Source: Laetmonice hystrix | Lineage: Eukaryota | Assembly (NCBI GenBank): GCA_965235115.1 | Contig: OZ249436.1 | Span: 45,386,001-45,450,000, forward strand | DNA: 64,000 bases | Direction: 5' to 3' | Shown here: one piece after another, positions 63,744-64,000 of the stretch | Layout of the letters: every line of letters starts with the position of its first letter | Position numbering within the stretch: position 1 is the stretch's first letter | The notes under the pieces: model-generated | Told to the model about the DNA's origin: nothing | The model's database searches: none | What the model saw: the letters and a program-made list of their open reading frames with translations, nothing else | Program-made: the position numbers and the translations under genes

Positions 63744-64000
63744 TGTATGCCTATTAGCTACACATGATAGCTTAACTTGTTTTAATACCTACGGGGTTGT
63801 ATGCCTATTAGCTACACATGATAGCTTAACTTGTTTTAATACCTACGGGGTTGTATGCCTATTAGCTACAGATGATAGCGTTTACCTATTTTAATACCTA
63901 CGGGGTTGTATGCCTATTAGCTACACATGATAGTTTAACTTGTTTTAATACCTACGGGGTTGTATGCCTATTACACATGATAGTTTAACTTGTTTTAATA
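63744..64000. repeat. ~54-bp tandem repeat running off the window edge
   Basis: tgtatgcctattagctacacatgatagcttaacttgttttaatacctacggggt units. Confidence 0.92.

Overview
Eukaryotic, intron-rich and repeat-dense genomic DNA, most likely from an invertebrate; the taxon cannot be fixed from sequence alone. Left part: the 5' part of a minus-strand receptor (natriuretic-peptide-receptor-type) guanylyl cyclase gene. It has 10 reconstructable exons from 19737 to 222, continues off the left edge, needs one GC-AG intron, and has a near-identical duplicate of its 742-nt first coding exon at 21531-22272. Middle: a tandem cluster of three minus-strand, two-exon, TATA-preceded paralogous genes (26423-28174, 38283-39673, 45712-48240) that the ORF track only partly captures. 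They encode secreted proteins with low-complexity N-terminal regions (Gly/Tyr-rich in two) and a shared split two-cysteine core (KNNVQMxLSYICNT ... FI[KR]RP ... H[IV]GPxMxIxC) that I do not recognise. This is the best candidate for an undescribed system. Right end: a plus-strand 8-exon CCDC122-like coiled-coil gene with a 16-nt micro-exon. Between genes are many minisatellites (often abutting splice sites), MITEs, nested non-autonomous DNA transposons, a LINE 3' fragment, and a strong local excess of TAGGCCTA palindromes that behave like small insertions at TA sites. All exon models and counts were derived by hand.
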